DNA of 64,000 nt from Hormiphora californensis (lineage: Eukaryota; Animalia; Ctenophora), in contig CM035354.1 in the NCBI GenBank assembly GCA_020137815.1, positions 3,224,001-3,288,000 of the forward strand, written 5' to 3'. Positions 50,826 through 62,000 of this stretch are shown in pieces. Under the pieces are notes generated by a model. That model saw only the letters and a program-made list of their open reading frames with translations. It did not search any database and was not told the origin of the DNA. Numbering within the stretch: position 1 is the stretch's first letter; each line of letters starts with the position of its first letter. A program made the position numbers and the translations under genes.

Positions 50826-51269
50826 GGCTATAATAACGGGTGGATAAAGGTTGTTTGGAAAGGGGATGGGTCAAGGAGGGTCAGGGGTCAGAGGAAAGGG
50901 GGGTCAGAGGGGTGAGCCCTGAGAGAAAAGGGGATAAAATAGGGAAAACGTTTAAAAAATGAGACAAAAGAGAAAAAACAACGGCGTCATTTTCGTAATA
51001 ATTTCAATGATTCATCAAGTGGGTAAAACACAGCAAAAATAATTTCACTTTTAGGAAAAAAATGTTCATTTTTGGAATTGGAATCAATTGATTGATCTGA
51101 ATTGTCTTATCTGGGGTTCTCGATTCCTAATCCCTTTGAATAAGAAGATCTGAGAAGTGAGAGTAGAATCAACGCCGCGAAGTGCCTGATCTTATTTTCT
51201 AGTAGTGTATCATGTACGGACAAAAGTCGAAAAAAGTCCCAAAAACCACCAAAACCAGCCAAATTTCCC

Positions 51270-52418
51270 TCATTTTACGGAGCTTTTAAACCGAACCTGA
51301 AGAGCCTTTCCATTCAACTGATACCCATCAAGCATCTGGATCGACCTACATGCGTCCTCATAGAGCGGCATGTGGACAAATCCGTAACCCTTACAATTGC
51401 CATCAGGGTCTACGATCGGTTTCACTGTATTAATAGCCCCAAACCGTGCAAAGAGTGCATAGAGCGTCTCATTGTTAGCAGTCGGGGGGAGATTATACAC
51501 GAACACACTCCACCCCTTCTCTGGATCATACGAATCATCGTGCTTGCTGGTGGCACTAGCCGCTGTGGGGGGTCCGTGACGTATTATACCACTGTTAACC
51601 GGACCAGAAGAAGCACTATTCCATTTGCTCTGCGGTGGTATTTGAGCGGTTTCCCTGGCTGGATCATGTTGGACACTCTGATACCCCTCTGTGACCTCAT
51701 TCGACCAGGATGATGGTTTGTACGGATCAGAGAACTCTAAACTATCCTTGGTTGGTCTACTTGATCTGGCCATTGGAGGAGGGGCCAGTTTAGCGGGTCT
51801 GATGACACTTCTTGGGTGTGGTGGACGGAGGGGGTACGGCTGGGTAACAACCCTCCTCTTGGTCAATAGTTCAGGGGTCGCCCTCACTGTGGGTGGGTCA
51901 GCAAACCTCACCACTAGATCATCTTTAGCACCAATATTGACCCCATTTAGTGCCGTGATCGCATCATCAGCCTCTCCCTTCAAGTTATACCTCACATAAG
52001 CTTTACCACGGTGCTCACCCTCGTGTGTCCTCAGGACCTTGTGGGTTATAATGGTCCCATACACAGAGAACATCTCGTGAAATTCATCATCTTCCATTTT
52101 CTCTGGAATATTCTCAATCACCAGATTTGTCTCCCTCGTATCCTCTCCAGGTGGCCGGGAAAGTGAAACTCGTAAAGTTTTCCTGCCCATCTTGTACCCA
52201 CTGTACTTCCTAATGGCTTTATCCGCCGCCTCCCTGTCCTGATATTTAATGAACGCGAACCCTCTGCTAATCTGAGATTTACCATCTCTGATCACTTTCA
52301 CCGATTCAACCACCCCGCACTCTCCAAACATCTTACACAGCTCTCCCTCGTCGACCGTTTGAGGGAGATAGTTCACTATGAGATTCGTGCCGTCGTTAGA
52401 GCCTCTGATCTTGGACAT
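51270..52418 (-). CDS. ELAV/Hu-like RNA-binding protein with 3 RRMs, intronless
   Basis: MSKIRGSNDGTNLIVNYLPQ (ELAV RRM1 signature), SRGFAFIKY, a second RRM, a hinge, and RRM3 WSVFVYNL...CKGYGFVHM...LQVRFK. The likely ATG is 52418 rather than the ORF-track start. Confidence 0.93.
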   Translation of the reverse strand: MSKIRGSNDGTNLIVNYLPQTVDEGELCKMFGECGVVESVKVIRDGKSQISRGFAFIKYQDREAADKAIRKYSGYKMGRKTLRVSLSRPPGEDTRETNLVIENIPEKMEDDEFHEMFSVYGTIITHKVLRTHEGEHRGKAYVRYNLKGEADDAITALNGVNIGAKDDLVVRFADPPTVRATPELLTKRRVVTQPYPLRPPHPRSVIRPAKLAPPPMARSSRPTKDSLEFSDPYKPSSWSNEVTEGYQSVQHDPARETAQIPPQSKWNSASSGPVNSGIIRHGPPTAASATSKHDDSYDPEKGWSVFVYNLPPTANNETLYALFARFGAINTVKPIVDPDGNCKGYGFVHMPLYEDACRSIQMLDGYQLNGKALQVRFKSSVK

Positions 52419-53093
52419 AACGGCGAGAGCGGTGCCTTTTACAGAAAAGTAAAAATGGTGAAAAGTGGAAAATGGGAAAATGGTTAAAAGTGGAAAATGG
52501 GCGTCCAAAAACAAGAAATAATTGGACAAAAACGTGTTGTAGTTCAAGAAAGTCGGTAAGTTAAAAAACGGTTTGAAAATTACACTTCAATTGACGTGTT
52601 AAAAAACAAGGTGGGCTCCCTATCAACAATTAATGTTAACTTATTTAGTTAATCAATCATTGCCTTGTTTGAACAAAACAAATCAATCAATGGTGAACTC
52701 TGTGTAATAAGTTTTACTTGGGTCTTCTAATCCGACTTGGTTGGAGACTGAAACAGCGCGCTCCAAACACAATCAAACAATTCGGCGATCGCGCGTGCTC
52801 ACCGTAGACAGAAATGCGTGTGCCCTGTGTCGTGTGCTTATTCTCAGACCGTACTATTTTGAGACGTTTTGAAGCCAACAAAAGCAGCCGCAGGCACAAA
52901 AATACGCTGTGACAGCAAGTGTTATGTCACACAGACTAGATTTGTCAGTCGACTGAGAAAAAGATAAAAAACAGTGAACCGTGAATAATAAATAGTCTCC
53001 CTAGTCTGCATTCGTAGTATGCGATACATAAGATTAGCAACGACTGGCGCTACGTCATTTTGTAATATAGTGTAAGCACATTACACACTCAGT

Positions 53094-54657
53094 CTATGGA
53101 GAGATGTCTCGGTATTTTGGGGAACTCCTTCGCTTCCCAGAACTCCTCTCATGTTGGTGATATCGGTCTGATTTCCGGGATGAGGAACCTCTGTGCCGGT
53201 CCCGGGATCTGGAACGGGACCTGGGAGGAGGGTTGGGGGTTAGAACGGGACCTGGGAGGAGGGGTGGGGGTTAGAACGGGACCTGGGAGGAGGGTGGGGT
53301 TAGAACGGGACCTGGGAGGAGGGGTGGGGTTAGAACGGGACCTGGGAGGAGGGTGGGGTTAGAACGGGACCTGGGAGGAGGGGTGGGGGTTAGAACGGGA
53401 CCTGGGAGGAGGGGTGGGGGTTAGAACGGGATCTGGGAGGAGGGGTGGGTTAGAACGGGACCTGGGAGGAGGGTGGGGGTTAGAACGGGACCTGGGAGGA
53501 GGGGTGGGGGTTAGAACGGGACCTGGGAGGAGGGGTGGAGGTTAGAACGGATCTGGGAGGAGGGGTGGGTTAGAACGGGACCTGGGAGGAGGGGGTGGGG
53601 GTTAGAACGAGTAACGATTAATAAATGACACAGTCAGAAAATTTAACAAAACTGCATAGTTGTTAACAACATTAACAAACCTTGACTCTTTAGAACTTGC
53701 AGAACTCTCACTGCTACTTCTACTGCGATGCATCATAGCCTCTCTCTCGGCATCCTTCCGACTATACCCGAAACCAGGCCGGTCCGGTCTCCCACCACCC
53801 CCACCACCCATACTACCCCCACCATGATGACCACCATGAGAGGACGAGGAATGGCGGGAAGAGGGCGGCGGAGCCCTGCTATCACGATCATAGTTGTATT
53901 TATATCCCTTATTGTGTCTACTGCTGCTTTCCCGTTTGCTGCTACTTTCCCGTTTGGATTCCCGTTGATCAGGTGGCTTGTAGTCTCGAACATGGTCAAC
54001 CTGGTGGGGGATAATAGGGTGAGCCCTGTTGAACGGGAACTAGACATGGTCAGCCTGGTTGTTAGAGGCGTTATCAAGGGGTTAACGATGCGAATTAGAG
54101 GCGTTTAGTTATCAAGGGTGAACGATGGGAACTACCAGGAAAGAAGTTTATTTACTTGTAACTCGCGACCTCTACATAATCTGCTCCAGGAAAGATCACA
54201 TTACCTTGAGAAAGCGGTTACACAGTCTAATTCCGTTGAGATTGTCTACCGACAGAACGGTACTTCTCTGATCCTCAAAGTTGATAAAACTGAAACCTTT
54301 AGGTTTTCCGGAGTCCCTGAAATAATCTTTTGTGAATTCCTGGGAGGACAAAAGTTTGTGAGGATGATCATGAACATTTTTGTGATAGATCCTGGGGGAG
54401 GAACTAGTTTGTGTGAGGGCGGAGGGTGAACAGGGGGCGGGTCTCTGACCAATAAGTAAACATTTGTGCATGGCATCCAACCAATTAGGGTGAACTCCTT
54501 TTGTGGTATGTCATGCATACCACATCACCTTTCTCACTAATGAATCACTAATTTTTCTAAATGGGGTTCGTGTAAATATTGAGGGGCTGTACATTTATAG
54601 CCTCATTTTACACGTGTTTGTCCCAAAGTAGAAACATGTTTATTTCAGGTTGCCCTG

Positions 54658-54735
<78 letters not shown>

Positions 54736-54751
54736 AGTTTGTTTGTCGGTT

Positions 54752-54798
<47 letters not shown>

Positions 54799-55083
54799 TT
54801 GTCGATTTGTCTGTCTGGCTGTCTGTAGCTGTCTCTCTTTGTAGCTGTCTATCTGTCTATCTGTCTGTCTGTTCATTTGTTATTACCTGTCCTTCACATA
54901 ATTCAGTTGTATAATCTTCCCATACTGGCTAAACACAGCCTCAATGTCGCCCTCCGTCAGCCCGTAATCAAGGCCCCCCACATAGATCCAAGAGGAAGAT
55001 TTGTATAGATCGTGCCAGCTCTGACGTGAACCAGCTGCTTCAAGTTCCAAATTCTGGGATTCAAGAGCATCCCTCATTGACAT
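53094..55083 (-). CDS. RBMX2: RBMX2/Snu17 (IST3), RES-complex RRM splicing factor, 4 exons
   Basis: SWHDLYKSSSWIYVGGLDYGLTEGDIEAVFSQYG...VKDR|DSGKPKGFSFINFEDQRSTVLSVDNLNGI...|VDHVRDYKPP... then an RS-rich tail. Exons approximately 55083-54887, 54316-54205, 54000-53681 and 53220-53094. Confidence 0.93.
53211..53608 (-). repeat. 30-31 bp minisatellite (about 13 copies) built from the last RBMX2 acceptor junction
   Basis: Minus-strand unit TAACCCCCACCCCTCCTCCCAG|GTCCCGTTC; the last unit continues into the exon GTCCCGTTCCAGATCCCGG (SRSRSR). Confidence 0.95.
54659..54872. repeat. (GTCT)n/(GACA)n tetranucleotide repeat in RBMX2 intron 1
   Basis: Directly visible. Confidence 0.95.
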
Positions 55084-55114
55084 TACTCTGCATAAATATA
55101 TGTTAAGAGAGCGG

Positions 55115-55179
<65 letters not shown>

Positions 55180-55744
55180 GAGAGAGGCGATAACCAGGAA
55201 GGGACACTGGTTGCTACACTGTCTGGAGCCTAAGGGGAGCCAGGAGTATAGAATTAGTCAAACTACATAAAACTCAGTCCTCATATATAATCCATCCACT
55301 ACACACAAATTGTGTGTGACACAATGGACACAATAATCTAACCCGATTATATATCCCTATATGCGTCCCGCACCTTGGAAATAGTTACTCCAGACAGCGA
55401 CAAGCAGTGAAGATTCCAGAAAATAAAAAAACAGTTTTGTGACAAAATCTTCATCATGTGTCAACTAGAATTTCACAACACAATACACATTTGACACACA
55501 CAGAGAAAAGGAATATACAGTCGAAGAGACAACACTTTCTGTACACACTAGTTCTGAGAGGGAGAGTGGAGAAAAAAAGACGCCAAAAATCATCAAATAT
55601 ATTAATTACCGCTCTATTATTCTGCCATATATAAAATCACGTTTGAATCTCTCACGAGATTTGTTCATTTCCAACTTATTTTTTAACACATTCTAAAACA
55701 CCCACTAAAATATCAGCAGCTTTGGCGGTAAGTGAAGCCCCCAG

Positions 55745-57614
55745 TTACATTTCAGCCTCACTAACACTGCTACTTTCACTTTCACTATCGTCCTCCTGGA
55801 GAAACAATGTCGTGGAATTCTCCAGCCCGATATCCTTACAGCTCAACAGAGCATCAGGGGCATCATACGCTGGCAAGATCCGTTTGGGGAAATTAGTAAT
55901 CAGTGTAAAAAAGTTGGGCGCATCCTCACATGTAAATGCAAACTCGTATAGTTCCTTGATACGGACCTCTGGGAGGAATGCACGTGCAACACGGGATCCA
56001 TTAGGTAGCCTGAACAAGAGGGAGATGGTGTGATCCTTAGTTGGTTCCTCCAATTTATCTCTCAACTCCACCCTTAACTCCTCCCGCTGCTTCAACTTGT
56101 TTTCCTTTTCCTCCTGTTTCCTGTCCACCTCCTCCTGTGCTAACCTCACTGCCTCCTCCTCGGCTTTCCGTTGCTTTTCCCGCTCCTGATCTCGCAGCAG
56201 GGACTCATTGAAGGCGGCGTTTTGTTCCTGCATGAGGAGTTGGGAGGTGGAACTCTCACTCACCCTGTTCCTGTTTCGTTGTCGTTGAAGGTGAGGTTCG
56301 TTTTCTAGAATGGCCGTTGTAAGCCGTGATATGACTGCGTCGACAGTTGCCGAGCCCTGGTTCTTGTAGATCAACCTCATTTGGCCCTCCTTGAAGCAGA
56401 GGAGACCGATGAAAGGTGCCCGGGCATTGGTTAGACTCTCTGCCACTCTGCTGCCCTCTCCCGTGCTGGTATCACAACTCCAGAACAGCAGATTGTCCTC
56501 GACAACGCTCTTGAAGAGAGGTGAACAGATGACGTTTTGAGCAAACCTCACGGATGTCTCTTTCTTTTCAGAGTGCAGATATACTAGGAGGAATCGGAGG
56601 TGGCGTTGGGCATGACTCATTGCTTCCTTTAGTGTCCCATGATAAAACCTCGGATGAGTGGAGCCATAACGACGAGTGAACTCCTCGATATACATCTCCA
56701 CTTCTCTACCCGCTTCCCTCTGTGTGGGTACCCCGGACGTGAAAAAGAACGAGTATGCAAAGCTCAGGACGGAGAAAATTGTCTTGAAAATAAACCGAAG
56801 GGGTGCGTACACCGCCCAAATACCACTAAAAAGGATGGTCGAGAGTGCACCGTTGCCATGGTTTCTGTTTATGACGGGTCCTGTTGAAGGGGTAAACCGA
56901 GGACCAATGAAATTAGGATTGTCCTCGCCTAACAGGGGTCCCGCCGGGGATGGAGGGGGTACAAGTCGCTGTCGGACATTATTCAGTTCTGATCGTACGA
57001 TAGGCACCGGTCGCTGGATAACTGGCGTCGCTGGAGTTGGTACAAATGTAGGCGAGGGAGGGTTTATTGGTGGGTTGAATGCCAATTGTACAGCTTGTTC
57101 CAAATCCCAGTTTGCTTCATCTAACAGTTTCATGCATTCTGCTAGATCTGATTTACCTGTATGGAAATTTGAAACATGTCAAGCTATAAGGTCTGAGGAA
57201 CACAAATCAGACTCATCATGATTTTAATATCTGAATTTACACAATTTACATAATCAAATGCTACCCTTGGGTATGATATCCCCTCTTTCTTCTATCGTCC
57301 TGCGCTGTCTCTCTCTCTCTCTCATGTTGTCTCGCACGCTACGTTTAATTCGGGATGGGGCGAGTGAGCGATAGAGAACTCCCTCTCTCCTACCCCCTTC
57401 CCAAAAAGAGAGGGGACACCGTACCCAAATGCTACCCTCCTCTTTCATAATCGAAAGTTATGTACACACCTGTAACTTCCTGGAAGTGACTGAGAATCTC
57501 ATCCTCCTGACTGTTTTGTTGTGATGCTGGAACTGCGATCCCTTCCGCCTCCGCCGGAGAACCTGCCTGGGGTGATTCTGGCTGTGGGGAGTCACTTACA
57601 TCGCCTTCGCTCAT
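55745..57614 (-). CDS. FAF2: FAF2/UBXD8 (UBA, membrane hairpin, UAS, coiled coil, UBX), 2 exons
   Basis: Exon 1 57614-57470 (EDEILSHFQEVTG); exon 2 57156-55745 with LDEANWDLEQAV (UBA-like), a hydrophobic hairpin, HPRFYHGTLKEA...RFLLVYLHS (UAS), EQNAAFNESLLRDQERE, and FRLPNGSRVARAF...TNFPKR (UBX). Confidence 0.92.
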
Positions 57615-57859
57615 CCCTTGGTATTTATTAGGGTTAGAATAATAATGAGCAGTCTTACGTGACATCATTTAATTACATTGAAAGTGTCCAGATCACATAT
57701 CTCAAAACACGGCGAGAAAGGTAGCATTACAAAAACATATAATTTGTGCTTGGGCGATTAAACACAAATCTCCCTAATTTAAACGGTCCGGAAACCCAGG
57801 GACTTGCTAGGTCGAAGGCCCAGCGCGGTCCCTCATCCCAGTTTAAACCTTGGGAATTT

Positions 57860-58860
57860 CTTGTACAAACGATGTTACTCTTTTATCACTTGTCCCTTCC
57901 TGCTCTTCGTCTCTACCGCCCTGTCAGACCTCCTCCTCATACTCCTCGTTCCAGCTCTCTGATACCCTCTGTTCCAGGCTACCGTCCCTTTGATTCAGGT
58001 CACCGCCTCCACTTCTTCTCGACTGCTGACTCCAACCCTTTCCACCCCTTCCCTCTCTACCGCTCTGTCAGACCTCCTCGTATTCCTCGTTCCAGCTCTC
58101 CTCTGATACCCTCTGTTCCAGGCTACCGTCCCTCTGATCCAGGTCATCGCCTCTTCTGCTCACTGGGTGCTCCCCCTCTCCTTCCTCACCTCCATCTCTG
58201 GCCCTCCTTCACCGTTTCCAGCCCTCACCGCCCTTTTTCCTGTCCGTGGTTTCCATCTACTTCCTCTCTCTGAGTTGCATCTCTCCGTCAGTCCCCTGTC
58301 CCCGACAGCCAGGCTCCACCGACACTCCGCTTCCTTCTCGTCGTCTCCACCGCTGGTCTGGACTCCTCCATCTCCCTCCTCGTTCCAGCCCCCCCCCTTT
58401 TTTGATCCGGATCATCGTCTCGCCTCTTGCTCTTCTGGTACTCTCACCTTTTCCATTCCTCACCTCTGGCCCTCCTTCATCTCACCCTTTTCTCCAGACC
58501 TCGCTGCCCTTTCCCAGGAACCCATCCCTAGCTGCTCCCAGTGCTCTTCGTCAGCCTCAGTCCTCCTTTACCTCCGGTCCCCCGCCTCCCGCACGTTGTC
58601 TTACTACCTCTATTCCCTTCTTCCTTTCCCCCTGTTTAAGTGCTCCCTCTCCACCTCACTGCTGTTCACCTCTCTCTTAGCATCGTGTTTCTCTCTCTCA
58701 CCCTTCCAACCGGTCATTCCCACTCCCTTAACCACACTGTTCTCTTCTCCACTTACCACCAACTCTATCACTATGCACCCCCCCCCCCATACACAGATAC
58801 CTTGATCCCTTCTCCCTCCCCCATCTCCCTCCCCACTTCTCCAGATTTCCTCTTTTTTTT
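57860..58860 (+). repeat. 1-kb pyrimidine-skewed element with about 110-bp internal direct repeats
   Basis: 57911-58020 and 58054-58160 are close copies, with a degenerate third near 58370-58480; strong C/T strand bias; T-rich end. Confidence 0.55.
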
Positions 58861-59213
58861 AACTATATTTATTTTTTGAGTGTGTTTTTAAATTATTAAT
58901 TAAATTATTATTGTATTTTCTTGGGTCGGGTAACACCGACCTGAATCATTTTTAAAACTTGTCTAAAACTTGTCTAAAACTTGTCTAAAACTTGTTGAAT
59001 TTGGACAATCACACCCCAAGGCCCAATTTTAAGATAATTTTCAGCTTTTAACACGATACAGGCGGCAGGCGCACCTAACGAAGGTAGCAAACGTCAACAA
59101 TTTTCACCGTTCTTCTCAAAGAAATTTTTTTTTTTCTGAAAATTCACTAACCCCAACACCGATTGGCATCACTTTCCGACAGCCGAAGAGAAGCTGCCGA
59201 AGAGAGAAAGGGG

Positions 59214-59225
<12 letters not shown>

Positions 59226-59257
<32 letters not shown>

Positions 59258-60506
59258 TTTTTTTTTTTTTTTTTATTAAATCTAAAAATGTATACATTGC
59301 ATACATATACGCCCCTTTTTGTGGGCAATTTGGATAGTCCTTTCGATTTAAAATTCAATGGTTAGAGTTCACTTAGCCACATTTAATGACCCCCTTACTA
59401 ATCCAATAACGTCCATTCGGATTATCTCGTTTTAGTTCTTTCAGAGTATCAACAAGAGATTTCCGCTCTCGCTGTTCGTCTGGTGATAGGTCGGGAGAGA
59501 GAAAAACGGATGAAAACTTCTCTGAACTCTGCAGCTGCTTTGCTTTCCGAAGAAGCTGCAGCAAGGATTCCCTTCTTTCAAGGGTGACGATAACAGGTCT
59601 CGCTCGGTCATCAGTCCTTAGGCCAACCCGCTTTGTGGAGGTTACGACAGGTTTCTCATTTAGCTCAGCAAAGATATCCTGAACTTCATGATCAGTAGCC
59701 CTGGCAGTGGTTTCTGGGAGCCCAAATATAACCAAATTCAGCTTTCTATCCGGAGTTGTTCTTTCAGTTGGTGGAGAGGAAACTGTCGCCTTCTTCCATG
59801 CTTCCTTCAGGCGAGATGGAGCAATAGCAGCTGAACAATTCTGTACAAGGACCTTGGAGTAGTCATGCAACTGCTTTTGGACAGACTCCGACATCGAGTT
59901 GTTTTCACCTTTTTGTACTTCAATCAAACTATTTTGTGCTTCTATCAGCTTCCCTTGCAATGCAATCCTTGCTACCCGATGCTTGTCGACTTCTTCTTTG
60001 AACGTGCTAAGTTCTTTCTGTACCTCCTCCAGCTTCCTATTACAGTCCTCCAGTTGCAGGCGTTCTTTCGTTCTAGCACTTTCATAGTTCTTCATCTTAG
60101 TTTCACACAATCGTTTCTCATTCCCTATTTCCCTCCCTAACTGGAGAATGTGACGACAGAGTTTCTTAGTGATAGCCTGGAGTCTTTCTGCATTGTACTC
60201 CTTCAACTTGTAATCTAGTGGTAGTGCTTCCTCAATATATTGACGCTCATTATCCTCCGTATCCTTTTCCAAGATCTCTTTTAGTAAATCCTCTATCGCT
60301 TCTCGCTCGCTTTGACGATTCAGAGTTCCTTTCTTTACCAACATTACATCACTCATTGCATTAAACAGTGTACTTCTCATCGTACTACCCAAACATTCTC
60401 CTATACTTGAAGATTTCTTGGGCTTCTCCATCGTCGTCATAGCTTGGGACTGCCCCTACGGGCGGTTCCGCCATCCTAGGGACATATCTCAAATTAATTT
60501 GTTTGT
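59226..60506 (-). mobile_element. ORF1-only retroposon or retrocopy with a 5' spliced-leader relic, A19+(TAA)n tail and TSD
   Basis: Minus strand: TAATAATAATA | AC AAACAAATTAATTTGAG - 47-nt leader - intact ORF - about 100-nt 3' UTR - A19 - (TAA)n | TAATAATAATA. Confidence 0.85.
59373..60440 (-). CDS. LINE ORF1p-like protein (coiled coil plus RRM/CTD), 355 aa, intact
   Basis: Long coiled coil followed by RKLNLVIFGLPE...RVG...RPVIVTL...LLRKAKQL...VFLSPDLSPDEQRERKSL, the motif series of CR1/L2/L1-type ORF1 proteins. No ORF2 follows. Confidence 0.8.
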   Translation of the reverse strand: MTTMEKPKKSSSIGECLGSTMRSTLFNAMSDVMLVKKGTLNRQSEREAIEDLLKEILEKDTEDNERQYIEEALPLDYKLKEYNAERLQAITKKLCRHILQLGREIGNEKRLCETKMKNYESARTKERLQLEDCNRKLEEVQKELSTFKEEVDKHRVARIALQGKLIEAQNSLIEVQKGENNSMSESVQKQLHDYSKVLVQNCSAAIAPSRLKEAWKKATVSSPPTERTTPDRKLNLVIFGLPETTARATDHEVQDIFAELNEKPVVTSTKRVGLRTDDRARPVIVTLERRESLLQLLRKAKQLQSSEKFSSVFLSPDLSPDEQRERKSLVDTLKELKRDNPNGRYWISKGVIKCG

Positions 60507-60592
60507 TATTATTATTAACCGTATGAAGAGTTAATCGCGATGAGTCTCATTCACATTGGGTTCGATCATTTGCCCCCGGTGTTGGGGTTAGT

Positions 60593-60885
60593 AATAAATA
60601 AATAAATCTTAAAATCACTCACTCAAATAAACAATAAATATTACAAATAAAAAGTCAGTCAGTAAAATCACACATTGCGATGGGAGGTGGAGTCGTGAAC
60701 TTTTTCCTCGTGCCCCTCAGTGAGACCAAGGTACTTCTGAGGAGACAGAACCGTATCCGCGTTCTCAAGAAATTAATCACCTCAGCGTATTTGTCCTTGT
60801 GTTTAGTTGAGATGCGTGAGGCTAACTTTTTGATTAGTCGTCCAGCCTCTGGTCCGGAACCTCCGGAGGTAGCCATCACAATCTC
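60593..60885 (-). mobile_element. Second, divergent 5'-truncated CRE-like retrotransposon 3' end
   Basis: VMATSGGSGPEAGRLIKKLASRIS.K....YAEVINFLRTRIRFCLLRSTLVSLRGTR, stop at 60655, then a (TTTA)n tail; homologous to the end of the 4115-4715 fragment. Confidence 0.8.
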
Positions 60886-62000
60886 GAAGAAAACTTTTTG
60901 ATTTTTCAGCTTGAGTAAAAACGCGCGGCGGGGATCTGCAGCGCGTTACATGTTGGTGCGCGCGCGTTTTATTTTATTTTATTTCCAATTTTTTTGGAGT
61001 TGAGTCTGGATTTTCAAAACGAAAATGGAACCAGCCCCAAAAAGCCAGAAAAAGATCCGTTTTCTTTGGCCTACACTGTAGTCCCATGTATCAGGGCCGT
61101 CAAAAACACTTGCAATAGAGGAATGCAACCCACGCCAAGCGGTCCTATCGTTTATTCAGTTTTCTGCCATTTTTGAACAGATTTTGAGCACATCCAAACC
61201 ACACCTCCGATCATCATGATAGTTTTGGATTAACCTAAAATGTGGTTTAGCAAAAAACACTTCCAGGGGTACAAGAGCTCCCGAGACTCCAGGATACAGA
61301 ATAGTCCAAACTCCAAGCTTGGCCAAATATGTGTAGTTGCAAAAGCTAATCTTGTCAACTTTTTTTCTGGGTGAAGCCCAACGCTTCTAAACATCCCACA
61401 TGAGTCATGAACACCCTATGTACGGTCAGTGGGGGGAACTTAGAAATGAGTTCTTCGTGCCAGCTGGACCCTGTTCTGTACTATGTTGTGGTATGTAGGT
61501 CTACATGTATGTCTGTCTTATGGTCCAGTCCCACTGCCGCGGGCCTTACTGGCTGATGGTCCAAAGATTGCGGTCAAATCACAACTAGTCTCTCGTAAGA
61601 TAAGAGACATCTCCTGAGCATGACATTAAACTGCTCACTCTAAATTGGGTTGGTGTACACCAGTACCCCAGTTAGTAGTGCACTGGGCCCAAGTACCTTG
61701 GCTCGATACCAACCCCCCCCCCCCCCTCTGCCCGAAGCTAACGCTAAGGATCCGCCCAGAAATGGGATGACGCCCTGCAAAGGGATGGAGCCCAAATACG
61801 GGATGGAGCCCAGAAACGGGATGGTACCCTGTAATAGGGATGGTGCCCAAAATGGGATGACTGAAAAATAAATGACGTTAATGTTTACGAGAAAATCAGG
61901 TGAAGCGGTTGTGTCCAAAGAGAGTTTTTATGAGATGTTTAACTGTACGTGGTAATTATGTGGAAATTATGTGAAACCGATGTATCCAAATTTTCACTTT

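Larger units (their letters stand above)
59146..60592. mobile_element. Small (about 155 bp) TIR element split by the retroposon insertion
   Basis: Perfect 16-bp inverted repeat ACTAACCCCAACACCG (59146-59161) / CGGTGTTGGGGTTAGT (60577-60592). Confidence 0.65.

Noticed and set aside
51372-57221. Long plus-strand ORFs antisense to ELAV, RBMX2 and FAF2
   Set aside because: Shadow ORFs of real coding sequence with no independent motifs.
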